Below are positions 1 to 9,480 of a stretch of 32,000 nt of DNA, piece after piece (position 1 is the first letter of the stretch; each line of letters opens with the position of its first letter). Source of the stretch: Isorropodon fossajaponicum endosymbiont JTNG4 (GTDB lineage Bacteria; Pseudomonadota; Gammaproteobacteria; PS1; Pseudothioglobaceae). The position numbers and the translations under genes were made by a program. The stretch is taken from positions 420,001 to 452,000 of the forward strand of contig NZ_AP013043.1 of NCBI RefSeq assembly GCF_016592615.1, in the 5' to 3' direction. Below the pieces are notes generated by a model. It searched no databases. It saw only the letters and a list, made by a program, of their open reading frames with translations, and was not told the DNA's origin.

Positions 1-266
1 TAACAGATTTGACCGCAATTGAGCACATTGAGCGTGAATTATTACTGGTTAAAGTGGATGTTAATCAACAAACACAAGCTGATATTGACAAACAAATTGA
101 TATTTTTTCGTGCAAAATAGTTGATGTATCAGAAGATACTTATACAATTGAGTTGGCAGGAAAAAGTCAAAAAATTAATGACTTTTTGGCAAGTTTAGAT
201 GTGTCAAAAATTTTAGAGGTTTCTAGAACAGGCGTGACTGGCGTTTGCATGAAAAGAACAAGTTAA
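1..266 (+). CDS. ilvH: acetolactate synthase small (regulatory) subunit, C-terminal part; 5' end lies outside the window
   Basis: The frame is open to the window edge. The tail IELAGKSQKINDFLASLDVSKILEVSRTGVTGV resembles the IlvH/IlvN C-terminal domain. It sits directly upstream of ilvC, as in ilvIHC operons. Confidence 0.8.
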   Translation, partial: TDLTAIEHIERELLLVKVDVNQQTQADIDKQIDIFSCKIVDVSEDTYTIELAGKSQKINDFLASLDVSKILEVSRTGVTGVCMKRTS

Positions 267-295
267 TAAAGACGCATTAAGCATTAAAAAAATAG

Positions 296-1309
<1,014 letters not shown>

Positions 1310-1362
1310 TTATTCTTTAATCAATGCCTAATTTGATTGGGTATTTTAGCGAATAACATATA

Positions 1363-2109
1363 ATGGAAAGAAAAGCAAAAAGGGGTATTTACTTACTGCC
1401 CAATATTCTCACAACATTTGGGCTATTCTCTGGTTTTTTTGCTATTATTCTTGCTACTAAAGGTCAGTATACTGATGCTGCTATTGCAATATTTGTTGCC
1501 ATGTTATGGGATGGGCTTGATGGTCGCGTAGCTCGCTTAACCAACACTCAAAGTGAATTTGGCGCACAGTACGATTCTATGGCAGATATGATTTCATTTG
1601 GCGTGGCACCCGCGCTATTGATGTATTTTTGGCTGTTGTCTGATTTAGGAAAAATTGGCTGGCTGGCTGCTTTTGTCTATGTGGTAGCAGGTGCACTTCG
1701 TTTGGCGCGCTTTAATACTCAAATTGGTATTGAGGATAAGCGTTATTTTCAAGGATTGCCTTCCCCTGCTGCTGCTGCATTAATTGCAGGTTTGGTTTGG
1801 ACCTTTGATGTGATTGGTGCAACTGATTATGATCAATATTTAATTTTAGCCAGTTGGATTATTCTGGTTGGCTCTGGTGTGTTAATGGTTAGCAACGTTC
1901 GTTATAACAGTTTTAAGGAGATTAATCTAAAAGGCAGATCCTCATTTAAATTATTGTTATTTACCACTTTAATTATTATTGTCGTCACTTTAGAGCCTAG
2001 TGCTATTTTATTTATTTTCTTTTTTGTTTACGCATTGTCAGGCCTATTAACAACAATGATTGAAGTAAGAAAAAGGCGTCATTTAAAAAAACGCACTAAA
2101 AAGGGTTGA
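1363..2109 (+). CDS. pssA: CDP-diacylglycerol--serine O-phosphatidyltransferase
   Basis: The 248-aa protein is multi-TM. It carries the CDP-alcohol phosphatidyltransferase motif DGLDGRVARLTNTQSEFGAQYDSMADMISF. Confidence 0.85.
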   Translation: MERKAKRGIYLLPNILTTFGLFSGFFAIILATKGQYTDAAIAIFVAMLWDGLDGRVARLTNTQSEFGAQYDSMADMISFGVAPALLMYFWLLSDLGKIGWLAAFVYVVAGALRLARFNTQIGIEDKRYFQGLPSPAAAALIAGLVWTFDVIGATDYDQYLILASWIILVGSGVLMVSNVRYNSFKEINLKGRSSFKLLLFTTLIIIVVTLEPSAILFIFFFVYALSGLLTTMIEVRKRRHLKKRTKKG

Positions 2110-2133
2110 ATTTCTTCTATAATTCTTCTTAGT

Positions 2134-2205
2134 ATGACTAATCAATTTAAATTTTATTCTCCTATAGAAAGCATTTCTTTGTTTTCATTACGATTATTGC
2201 CCTAG
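2134..2205 (+). promoter_or_regulatory. candidate 23-codon leader ORF upstream of leuA (MTNQFKFYSPIESISLFSLRLLP)
   Basis: ATG at 2134 and TAG at 2203-2205. Four Leu codons fall in the last eight codons. The stop codon sits in the centre of the 22-nt palindrome at 2193-2214. Confidence 0.25.
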
Positions 2206-2214
2206 GGCAATAAT
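2193..2214 (+). terminator. perfect 22-nt palindrome attattgccctagggcaataat; pssA terminator and/or leuA attenuator stem
   Basis: The sequence is exactly self-complementary and is followed by the U-rich tattct. It lies between pssA and leuA. Confidence 0.4.
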
Positions 2215-2285
2215 TATTCTGTGCACGATTGAAAAATCTTGCTTCTCACAATTTGTAAACTTAAACAAACCAATAGGAGACTTAA

Positions 2286-3818
2286 ATGTCTAATAAACTA
2301 ATTATTTTTGATACGACCCTTCGTGATGGTGAACAATCACCTGGCGCGTCCATGACTAAGGATGAAAAAGTACGCATTGCCAAAGTGCTGGAAAAAATGA
2401 AAGTAGATATCATTGAGGCGGGCTTTGCCATTGCATCAGTGGGAGACTTTGAAGCCGTACAAGCTGTGGCTAATGCGGTGCAAGATTCGGTTATTTGCTC
2501 ATTGTCCAGAGCGCTTGATAAGGATATTGATCGTGCAGGAGAGGCGTTAAAAGGTGCTAATGCATCGCGTATTCATACTTTTATTGCTACATCCGATATT
2601 CACATGAAGATGAAATTGCAAATGACCCATGATCAGGTGGTGGAGCAAGCAGTTCGCGCTGTTAAGCGAGCCAAGCGATACACGGATGATGTTGAGTTTT
2701 CGCCAGAAGATGCAGGTCGATCAGATGAGGATTTTTTGTGTCGTATTATCGAGGCGACGATTAACGCAGGTGCAACAACTATTAATATTCCTGATACGGT
2801 GGGTTACAATATTCCACATCAATTTGGCGTAACCATTAAATCTTTGATTGAGCGCGTGCCAAATTCTGACAAGGCTGTTTTCTCAGCGCATTGTCATAAT
2901 GATTTGGGTTTGGCAGTGGCCAATTCGTTGTCTGCCGTACTAAATGGTGCAAGGCAAGTTGAATGTACTATTAACGGTTTGGGCGAGCGCGCAGGTAATA
3001 CATCACTAGAAGAGCTGGTCATGGCAGTGCGAACTCGCCAAGATATTTTTGATTGTGATACCAATATTAACGCCACGCATATTTTGTCAGCCTCACGCTT
3101 GGTCTCAAGTGTGACAGGTTTTATTGTACAACCCAATAAAGCAATTGTTGGCGCAAATGCTTTTGCCCATGAGGCGGGTATTCATCAAGATGGCGTGCTT
3201 AAACACCGCGAGACTTACGAAATCATGCGTGCTGAGGATGTTGGCTGGAATACCAATCAATTGGTGTTGGGTAAACATTCAGGTCGCAATGCATTTAAAG
3301 TCAGATTGGCTGAATTGGGTGTTGAATTTAATAATGAAGAAAGTCTTAATGATGCTTTTAGGCGCTTTAAAGAATTGGCAGATAAAAAGCATGAGATTTT
3401 CGATGAAGATTTGCAAGCACTAGTATCTGAAACGCAAACAGAGACTCATGAGGTTATCAAACTAGTGTCTTTGAAAGTATGCACGGAAACGGGTGAAGAA
3501 AATACAGCAACTGTTGTGCTGTCAATTAATGATAAAGAACAAACAGCAACGGCCAATACTTCAGGCGCGGTAGATGCTACTTTTAGTGCAATTGATTCAT
3601 TGGCAGATATTAAAATAAACCTGCAATTGTATTCTCTTTCAAACGTTACCCAAGGCACAGATGCACTTGGTGAGGTGAACGTGCGCTTAGAATATAATGG
3701 TCGTATCGTTAATGGGCAAGGGGTTGATACTGACATCATTACTGCCAGCGCAAAAGCCTATGTTCATGGTTTAAATAAAGTACTGGCTGCCACTAATAAG
3801 GCACACCCTCAAATATGA
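2286..3818 (+). CDS. leuA: 2-isopropylmalate synthase
   Basis: The 510-aa protein has the N-terminal LRDGEQSPG and HCHNDLGLA motifs and a C-terminal LeuA allosteric domain. RBS aggaga precedes the ATG. Confidence 0.95.
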   Translation: MSNKLIIFDTTLRDGEQSPGASMTKDEKVRIAKVLEKMKVDIIEAGFAIASVGDFEAVQAVANAVQDSVICSLSRALDKDIDRAGEALKGANASRIHTFIATSDIHMKMKLQMTHDQVVEQAVRAVKRAKRYTDDVEFSPEDAGRSDEDFLCRIIEATINAGATTINIPDTVGYNIPHQFGVTIKSLIERVPNSDKAVFSAHCHNDLGLAVANSLSAVLNGARQVECTINGLGERAGNTSLEELVMAVRTRQDIFDCDTNINATHILSASRLVSSVTGFIVQPNKAIVGANAFAHEAGIHQDGVLKHRETYEIMRAEDVGWNTNQLVLGKHSGRNAFKVRLAELGVEFNNEESLNDAFRRFKELADKKHEIFDEDLQALVSETQTETHEVIKLVSLKVCTETGEENTATVVLSINDKEQTATANTSGAVDATFSAIDSLADIKINLQLYSLSNVTQGTDALGEVNVRLEYNGRIVNGQGVDTDIITASAKAYVHGLNKVLAATNKAHPQI

Positions 3819-4234
3819 ATGCGTCACTAAGGTCTCATTATTTAGAGGTGCTTGGCATACCTGAGTTTTTGCATATTCAAGCAAAAATTCAGGGTTTAAA
3901 CACGCCAAAAATTGATACACAGTGCTTAGCAATTGAAACCAAAAACACTCATTCATTTTGTCAAATAGGCAAGACTCAAGACTTTTTATTCAAAATGCTA
4001 GGCGCTATTGGACTTGAAAAATCTGATATTAAATATGTTAGTATCAATACTGATGATTTAAATCAAACACTTCAGCAATATAATGCAAAAACAGTATTAT
4101 TGATGAGTGCAGGCTTAAAGCCATCTTCATATAAACATTTTGCTACCCATCACCCGGGCGAGGTTCTGACAAATGAGCAATTCAAGCGTGAAACTTGGGA
4201 AGTGCTAAAAAGGCTTAAGCAGTGTTTCAAGTAG
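3815..4234 (+). CDS. hypothetical protein, weakly DNA polymerase III psi (HolD)-like
   Basis: The 139-aa ORF has an ATGA start/stop overlap with leuA. The N-terminal [13 protein letters not shown] and C-terminal [11 protein letters not shown] recall the HolD pattern (RDWLLQQLGITQW ... ALWQQI). This is similarity by eye only. Confidence 0.5.
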   Translation: MNASLRSHYLEVLGIPEFLHIQAKIQGLNTPKIDTQCLAIETKNTHSFCQIGKTQDFLFKMLGAIGLEKSDIKYVSINTDDLNQTLQQYNAKTVLLMSAGLKPSSYKHFATHHPGEVLTNEQFKRETWEVLKRLKQCFK

Positions 4235-4815
4235 ATTACAACCTATTAGGCTACAAACGTCCTAAATTAACCACTCCAAATGGAGAAACCAAACTACTCA
4301 TGCATTCTTGCTGTACGGCCTTGTGCTGGGGAAATCATGGAAGCTTTAGCAGCATCAAATATCAACACCACTATTTTCTTTTACAACCCAAATATTCATC
4401 CAACAGAAGAGTATGAATTACGCAAAGAAGAAAATATTCGCTTTGCACAAAAGCTCAACATGCCATTTATTGATGCAGATTATGACCGTGATAATTGGTT
4501 TGATCGCACCAAAGGTCAAGAAAACGAACCAGAACGTGGCAAACGTTGCACTACCTATTTGATATGCGTTTTGAAGTAACTGCCCAATATGCCCAAGATC
4601 ATGGCTTTAATTTAGTTTCCTTAACCCTTGGTATCTCCCGCTGGAAAGATATGAATCAAACTAACAACTGCGGTATGCGTGCAACACAATCATTTAAGGG
4701 TATTTCTTATTGGGATTTTAATTGGCGTAAGCAGGGCGGGTCAAGTAGAATGTTAGAATTGTCTAAACGTGAAGCATTTTATCAACAAGCGATGGAAAGT
4801 CTTAAAAGCGATTAA
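4222..4815 (+). pseudogene. queH: epoxyqueuosine reductase QueH (DUF208), disrupted by two frameshifts
   Basis: KLLMHSCC is in frame 1. [32 protein letters not shown]...ERGKRCTT is in frame 2. [17 protein letters not shown]...WRKQGG is back in frame 1. The switches fall at about 4314-4319 and 4553-4558. The usual C-terminal YCGC motif is absent. Confidence 0.75.
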
Positions 4816-5711
4816 TTTAATAAATATAACAGCAATGCTTTTTGCACGTGTAAACGGTTTTCAGCTTCAAACCAAACCAAACTTTGACTGCCATCAATCA
4901 CATTGGTAGACACCTCTTCGCCACGGTGTGCGGGTAAGCAATGCATAAATACAGCACTAGGTTTGGCTTTTGACATTAAGGCTGTATTGACAGAAAAGTC
5001 TTTAAAAGCAATTTCACGCTTTGTTTGTTCAGCCTCTTGCCCCATACTTGCCCAGACATCAGTTACCACCAAATCAACCTCTTGGCAGGCTTTTTGTGCA
5101 TCGGTGAATAAATGAATATGGTTGGCATATTTTTTAATAAAACTTTGATCTGGTTGGTAATTTTGAGGTGTGGCAATATTAAGTTTAAAGTTAAAGCTTT
5201 TTGCTGCTTGCATATAAGTGTGGCACATGTTGTTGCCATCGCCAATCCAAGCCACGGTTTTATTGGCAATTGAGTCATTGTGTTCTTGGTAAGTCATCAT
5301 GTCGGACAGTAGTTGGCAAGGATGGGATTCATCAGACAAGGCGTTAATAATAGGTACAGAGGAGTTTTCAGCAAAAGTGTGAATATCTTTATGAGAAGAG
5401 ATGCGCATCATGATGGCATCAACCATTGAACTAATCACAATTGCACTATCAATAATTGGTTCGCCACGACCCAATTGAATGTCTTTATCGGATAAAAATA
5501 GAGCACGGCCACCTAATTGGGTCATGCCTGCTTCAAAGGAAACGCGTGTGCGTGTGGAGGACTTGTCAAAAATCATAGCCAATGTTTTGTGCTCTAATGT
5601 TTTGTTGATCTTGCCAGATTTATATTGCTTTTTGAGTGCAATTGCTTGTTTAATGATTTGAGCTAAATCATGATTTGATAAGTCATCCAGATTAATAAAG
5701 TGTTTTATCAT
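4812..5711 (-). CDS. argF: ornithine carbamoyltransferase
   Basis: Carries the [22 protein letters not shown] and [10 protein letters not shown] motifs typical of OTCase. Confidence 0.9.
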   Translation of the reverse strand: MIKHFINLDDLSNHDLAQIIKQAIALKKQYKSGKINKTLEHKTLAMIFDKSSTRTRVSFEAGMTQLGGRALFLSDKDIQLGRGEPIIDSAIVISSMVDAIMMRISSHKDIHTFAENSSVPIINALSDESHPCQLLSDMMTYQEHNDSIANKTVAWIGDGNNMCHTYMQAAKSFNFKLNIATPQNYQPDQSFIKKYANHIHLFTDAQKACQEVDLVVTDVWASMGQEAEQTKREIAFKDFSVNTALMSKAKPSAVFMHCLPAHRGEEVSTNVIDGSQSLVWFEAENRLHVQKALLLYLLN

Positions 5712-5724
5712 GGGTGTCTCCTAC

Positions 5725-6882
5725 TTATAAAGCATTGACCAAATCGCTAACTTTGTTAATAAGAATATCAGCGTCAGATTTGTCAATAATCAAGGGTGGT
5801 AGTAAGCGTATTGATTGCCCAGTGATGTTAATTAAGAGCTGATTGTCTAGTGCTTTTTTTAAAAGCGCAGAACAGTCTTGGTTTAGTTCAATGGCGATCA
5901 TTAGACCTTTTGAGCGAATTTCGAGTACCTTGTCTGAGTCTTTAAGTTTATTTTTAAAGCCTGATGTGATATATTCACCCATCATGACAACATTATCTAA
6001 AATATTGTCTTTTTCAATAACATCCAATACGGTTAGTGCTGTTTTGCAAACCAATGGGTTGCCACCAAAAGTGGAACCATGTGTGCCAGGTGTGAGTAAT
6101 TTTGAGGCTTTGCCCTTTGCAAGACAAGCGCCGATTGGCACACCATTGCCAAGCCCTTTTGCTAGAGTGAGCAAATCTGGCGTTATGTTATTATAAAAAT
6201 GTGCAAATAGCTTGCCGGTACGGCCTATGCCTGTTTGTACTTCGTCAAGAATTAACAACCAATTGTTATTATTACAAATTTCTTGAACTTGATTTAAGTA
6301 ATAACTATCTGGAATAATAATGCCACTCTCACCTTGGATAGGTTCAAGCATAACTGCAACAATGTTATTGTTATTTACATGGGCTTTAATGGCATTAATG
6401 TCATTAAAGTCAATGTAAATAAACTCGCTAACTAATGGCGCAAAACCTGCTTGTACTTTAGGGTTTCCAGTGGCTGAGAGTGTTGCCATGGTGCGCCCAT
6501 GAAAGCTTTGATTAAATGTAAGTATGGTTGGGTTGTTAATGTGTTGAGAGTGGCCATGCAAACGTGCAATTTTAATAGCCGCTTCATTGGCTTCAGCGCC
6601 AGAATTAGCAAAAAAAGCGGTGTCCATATTAGACAATTGACATAATTTTTCAGCCAAGTCTTCTTGGTGTTGGATATGGTACCAGTTGCTGGTATGTAGT
6701 AAATTTGCAGCCTGTGTTTGAATGGCTTTTGTAATATCTTGATGGCAATGCCCAAGGCCAACAACGCCAACACCACAAAGTGCATCTAAGTATTGTCTGC
6801 CTTTGTCATCTGTCAGGTAGCAGCCCCTACCTTTAACAAAGGTAACTTCAAGTGGCGTATAGTTTGACATTAAATAGGACAT
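5725..6882 (-). CDS. argD: acetylornithine aminotransferase (class III PLP aminotransferase)
   Basis: The 385-aa protein has the FANSGAEANEAAIK, ILDEVQTGIGRTGK and HGSTFGGNPL motifs. It is adjacent to argF. Confidence 0.85.
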   Translation of the reverse strand: MSYLMSNYTPLEVTFVKGRGCYLTDDKGRQYLDALCGVGVVGLGHCHQDITKAIQTQAANLLHTSNWYHIQHQEDLAEKLCQLSNMDTAFFANSGAEANEAAIKIARLHGHSQHINNPTILTFNQSFHGRTMATLSATGNPKVQAGFAPLVSEFIYIDFNDINAIKAHVNNNNIVAVMLEPIQGESGIIIPDSYYLNQVQEICNNNNWLLILDEVQTGIGRTGKLFAHFYNNITPDLLTLAKGLGNGVPIGACLAKGKASKLLTPGTHGSTFGGNPLVCKTALTVLDVIEKDNILDNVVMMGEYITSGFKNKLKDSDKVLEIRSKGLMIAIELNQDCSALLKKALDNQLLINITGQSIRLLPPLIIDKSDADILINKVSDLVNAL

Positions 6883-6894
6883 TGTGTTTATCTC

Positions 6895-6922
6895 AAAAAA
6901 GAAAAAAGCCCCGTTTCGGGGC
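6895..6922 (-). terminator. rho-independent terminator after the 67-aa ORF
   Basis: On the minus strand a gccccg-aaa-cggggc stem is followed by ttttttcttttttg. Confidence 0.7.
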
Positions 6923-6945
6923 TTTTATTGCCAATCAGAAAGTTA

Positions 6946-7149
6946 TTATGACTGGTAGGTTAATGGCGGTGCCATTTCATCGTTAATTTCATCTAATTCT
7001 TTTTTATAGCCTTCATAAAAAGAACCTGCTGGTGGATTAATCCACTCTTCATAAGAAAAGCCATTGGCTTGTGTATGAGCTTTGAACGTATTTTGTAATG
7101 CAATTCTTTTTGCACTTAATTCATTAGAATGTTGATTTGTTGCGTTCAT
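6946..7149 (-). CDS. hypothetical small protein (67 aa)
   Basis: It has a good RBS (aggag, 6-nt spacer) and its own terminator. I recognise no family. Confidence 0.55.
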   Translation of the reverse strand: MNATNQHSNELSAKRIALQNTFKAHTQANGFSYEEWINPPAGSFYEGYKKELDEINDEMAPPLTYQS

Positions 7150-7308
7150 TTAATCTCCTAAATATTTAAGTAAGTAAAACCGCCATTATATACATAAAAT
7201 AGGATTTAAGGGTATTTTATTTGCTTTAAACACGTACAAATACCTTACAATTTGGTTGGAGTTATGCTTTAATATAAGTGATTTTTCAATAACATTTAAG
7301 GAGTGTGT

Positions 7309-7605
7309 ATGCAGTTAAATATTTCTGGTCATCATCTTGATATTACCGAAGCAATTAAACAACATTCACTTGTAAAATTATCCAAAATAAAGCATCATTT
7401 TGATCAAGTAATTAATATTAATATGATTTTAGAAGTTGAAAAAGATGTACAAAAAGCCGAGGCAACAATCCATGTTAGTGGTGCAGATTTATTTGCAAAA
7501 GCAGAAAGTAGCGATATGTACAACTCTATTGATCAAATGGTTAATAAGTTAGATGCTCAAATTAGGAAACATAAAGAAAAATTAAACGACCATAGAAAAA
7601 ACTAA
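7309..7605 (+). CDS. hpf: ribosome hibernation promoting factor (short HPF/YhbH type)
   Basis: MQLNISGHHLDITEAIKQH...IHVSGADLFA is the typical sigma-54 modulation/S30EA family sequence. RBS aaggag lies 7 nt upstream of the ATG at 7309, so the ORF-track GTG at 7303 is less likely to be the start. Confidence 0.85.
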   Translation: MQLNISGHHLDITEAIKQHSLVKLSKIKHHFDQVININMILEVEKDVQKAEATIHVSGADLFAKAESSDMYNSIDQMVNKLDAQIRKHKEKLNDHRKN

Positions 7606-7663
7606 TAATAATTTAAGCAATATTGAAATATTCATATCGCTTATATAGATAAGAATAACGTCC

Positions 7664-9016
7664 ATGTCAGAAGTTGAAAACACTTCTTTTAAAGATTGCC
7701 TTCGAAGATTAATGACATCTTTGGAGGGCTTGAAGTATGAAGAAGCCACCTCCCAGCTTGCCGCTTTGCATTCGGCTGAAATTGCTCGTCTATTAGAAAG
7801 TGTACCACCTAAAGGCAGAACCCAGCTTTGGCTGAATATTGATTCTGAAACCCAGGGTGATATTCTTAAAGATTTAAATGAAAATGTCCAATCTCAATTG
7901 TTAAATGAAATGGATGTTGATGGTATTGTAAAAGCCACAGAAGGCTTAGACATGGATGATTTGGCTGATATTGTGCCTGTATTGCCTGAATCGGCATTGC
8001 ACAATTTGTTATTAACACTAGACTATAAGCACAAAGATCATCTAAAACGAGTTCTGTCTTATCCTGAGGATTCTGCTGGCGGTTTGATGAATATTGATAT
8101 CATCACTGTGCGTAGTGATGTGACAGTGCGCACAGTTATTCGCTACTTGCGCTTGTTAAAAGAAATGCCAATTGATACTGATCAGGTGTTTGTGGTTGAT
8201 AGAGCTTATCAATATTTGGGCTCTATTTACATTTCTACTTTGTTAACCAATGAAGCTGAGCAAAATATTGACCCGCTTATTAACAAGGATTTAAAGCCCA
8301 TTTTAGCCACCACTGCTGATAATGAGGTCGCTAGCCTTTTTGAAAAACGCAATTTAATATCTGCCCCTGTTGTTGATGAAAATAATCAACTAATTGGTCG
8401 CATTACTATTGATGATGTAGTTGATGTTATTCGTGATGAAGCCGAACATTCAGTGATGTCAATGGCAGGCTTGAATGAAGAGGAAGATGTATTTGCGCCT
8501 GTTATGCAAAGTACTAAGCGTCGTAGTATTTGGCTTGGTGTTAATTTGATTACGGTCTTTATCGCTGTCTTTTTTATTGGCCTTTTTGAAGCCACTTTGC
8601 AAGCAAAAATTGCACTGGCAATTTTGATGCCAGTTGTGGCTTCAATGGGCGGTATTGCTGGTATGCAAACGCTTATCTTGGTAACGCGTGGCATTGCAAC
8701 GGGCAGAGTAACCACATCTAATCTTAAAGTATTAATGAACAAAGAAGTGGCAATTGGCTTTTTAAATGGCATTGTCTGGTCTTTGGTTATCAGTGTGGCA
8801 ACTTATGTTTGGTTTGCAGATTTGATGCTAAGTTTAGTGATTGCATTGGCAGTTATTGTTAACCTAATTTTTGCTGCTTTTTCAGGCGCATTTTTACCCT
8901 TACTATTAATTAAATTTAAAATTGACCCTGCACTTGCTGGTGGCGTTATTTTGACAACAATTACTGATGTGATTGGCTTTTTGGCTTTTTTAGGTTTGGC
9001 ATCGTTAGTTATTTAG
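7664..9016 (+). CDS. mgtE: magnesium transporter MgtE
   Basis: The 450-aa protein has the MgtE N-domain, tandem CBS domains and a C-terminal 5-TM domain (PVVASMGGIAGMQT, ITDVIGF). Confidence 0.92.
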   Translation: MSEVENTSFKDCLRRLMTSLEGLKYEEATSQLAALHSAEIARLLESVPPKGRTQLWLNIDSETQGDILKDLNENVQSQLLNEMDVDGIVKATEGLDMDDLADIVPVLPESALHNLLLTLDYKHKDHLKRVLSYPEDSAGGLMNIDIITVRSDVTVRTVIRYLRLLKEMPIDTDQVFVVDRAYQYLGSIYISTLLTNEAEQNIDPLINKDLKPILATTADNEVASLFEKRNLISAPVVDENNQLIGRITIDDVVDVIRDEAEHSVMSMAGLNEEEDVFAPVMQSTKRRSIWLGVNLITVFIAVFFIGLFEATLQAKIALAILMPVVASMGGIAGMQTLILVTRGIATGRVTTSNLKVLMNKEVAIGFLNGIVWSLVISVATYVWFADLMLSLVIALAVIVNLIFAAFSGAFLPLLLIKFKIDPALAGGVILTTITDVIGFLAFLGLASLVI

Positions 9017-9058
9017 ATATGGGTTTATTTTTTTAAAGTTGTTTCCATTTTAGCCTTA

Positions 9059-9280
9059 TTGTTTTCCTTTTATGCTTTTATAAAAACACGTAAATTAGAC
9101 ATTAAAGAATTGACTGATTCTATCAGTGATTCTGAATATCGAATCATTTACGATGAGTTTATTTTAGCTTGTGCAGAGCTGCAACAAGTCATGATTCAAA
9201 TGAAAGAAAAGTGTTTAAAGTCTTACAAGGGGCTTGAAGCAGCGGCTGTAAAAAATAAATCTCAGGTATTTAAATTATAA
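9059..9280 (+). CDS. hypothetical protein; possibly the remains of an 86-aa membrane-anchored protein
   Basis: The ORF has only a TTG start. Its frame stays open upstream across a TM-like stretch (VYFFKVVSILALLFSFYAFI). An ATG at 9019 would join this frame if the T7 run at 9028-9034 were one T shorter. Confidence 0.3.
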   Translation: MFSFYAFIKTRKLDIKELTDSISDSEYRIIYDEFILACAELQQVMIQMKEKCLKSYKGLEAAAVKNKSQVFKL

Positions 9281-9289
9281 GAGAATATT

Positions 9290-9472
9290 ATGCTTTATGA
9301 AAGATATGCACAATATCAATCTTTGATGGAAATAATTAGCAAGAGTACATTGGTTAACTTGTATCAGAAAAAAGAAACTCCGTATTTAACGGTGAGCGAG
9401 ATTGTGTATTTTAGAGCTGAAATAAATATGATTAATAAATATCTTTGCAGAACAACCTCTAGTTTTTATTAA
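9290..9472 (+). CDS. hypothetical protein (60 aa)
   Basis: ATG start with a weak RBS (aagag). No family recognised. Confidence 0.3.
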   Translation: MLYERYAQYQSLMEIISKSTLVNLYQKKETPYLTVSEIVYFRAEINMINKYLCRTTSSFY

Positions 9473-9480
9473 CAATTATT

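Noticed and set aside
4314-4558. Frameshifts in queH, hopJ, napD, DUF692 and DoxX as programmed recoding sites
   Set aside because: None has a recognisable slippery heptamer with a downstream structure. Several genes carry additional stops or deletions. Only the IS3-family A-AAA-AAG site fits a known programmed frameshift.
8386-8772. 128-aa minus-strand ORF inside mgtE, with similar shadow ORFs at 1055-1237, 2629-3739 (several), 5843-6196, 6432-6785, 11748-13728 (several), 14743-15111, 15458-17198 (several), 22984-23670, 24550-24738, 25102-25328, 26244-26426, 28351-28539 and 29505-29696
   Set aside because: All lie antisense to or out of frame within well-supported conserved genes. They have low-complexity or odd composition and no RBS or family resemblance, so they are typical shadow ORFs.
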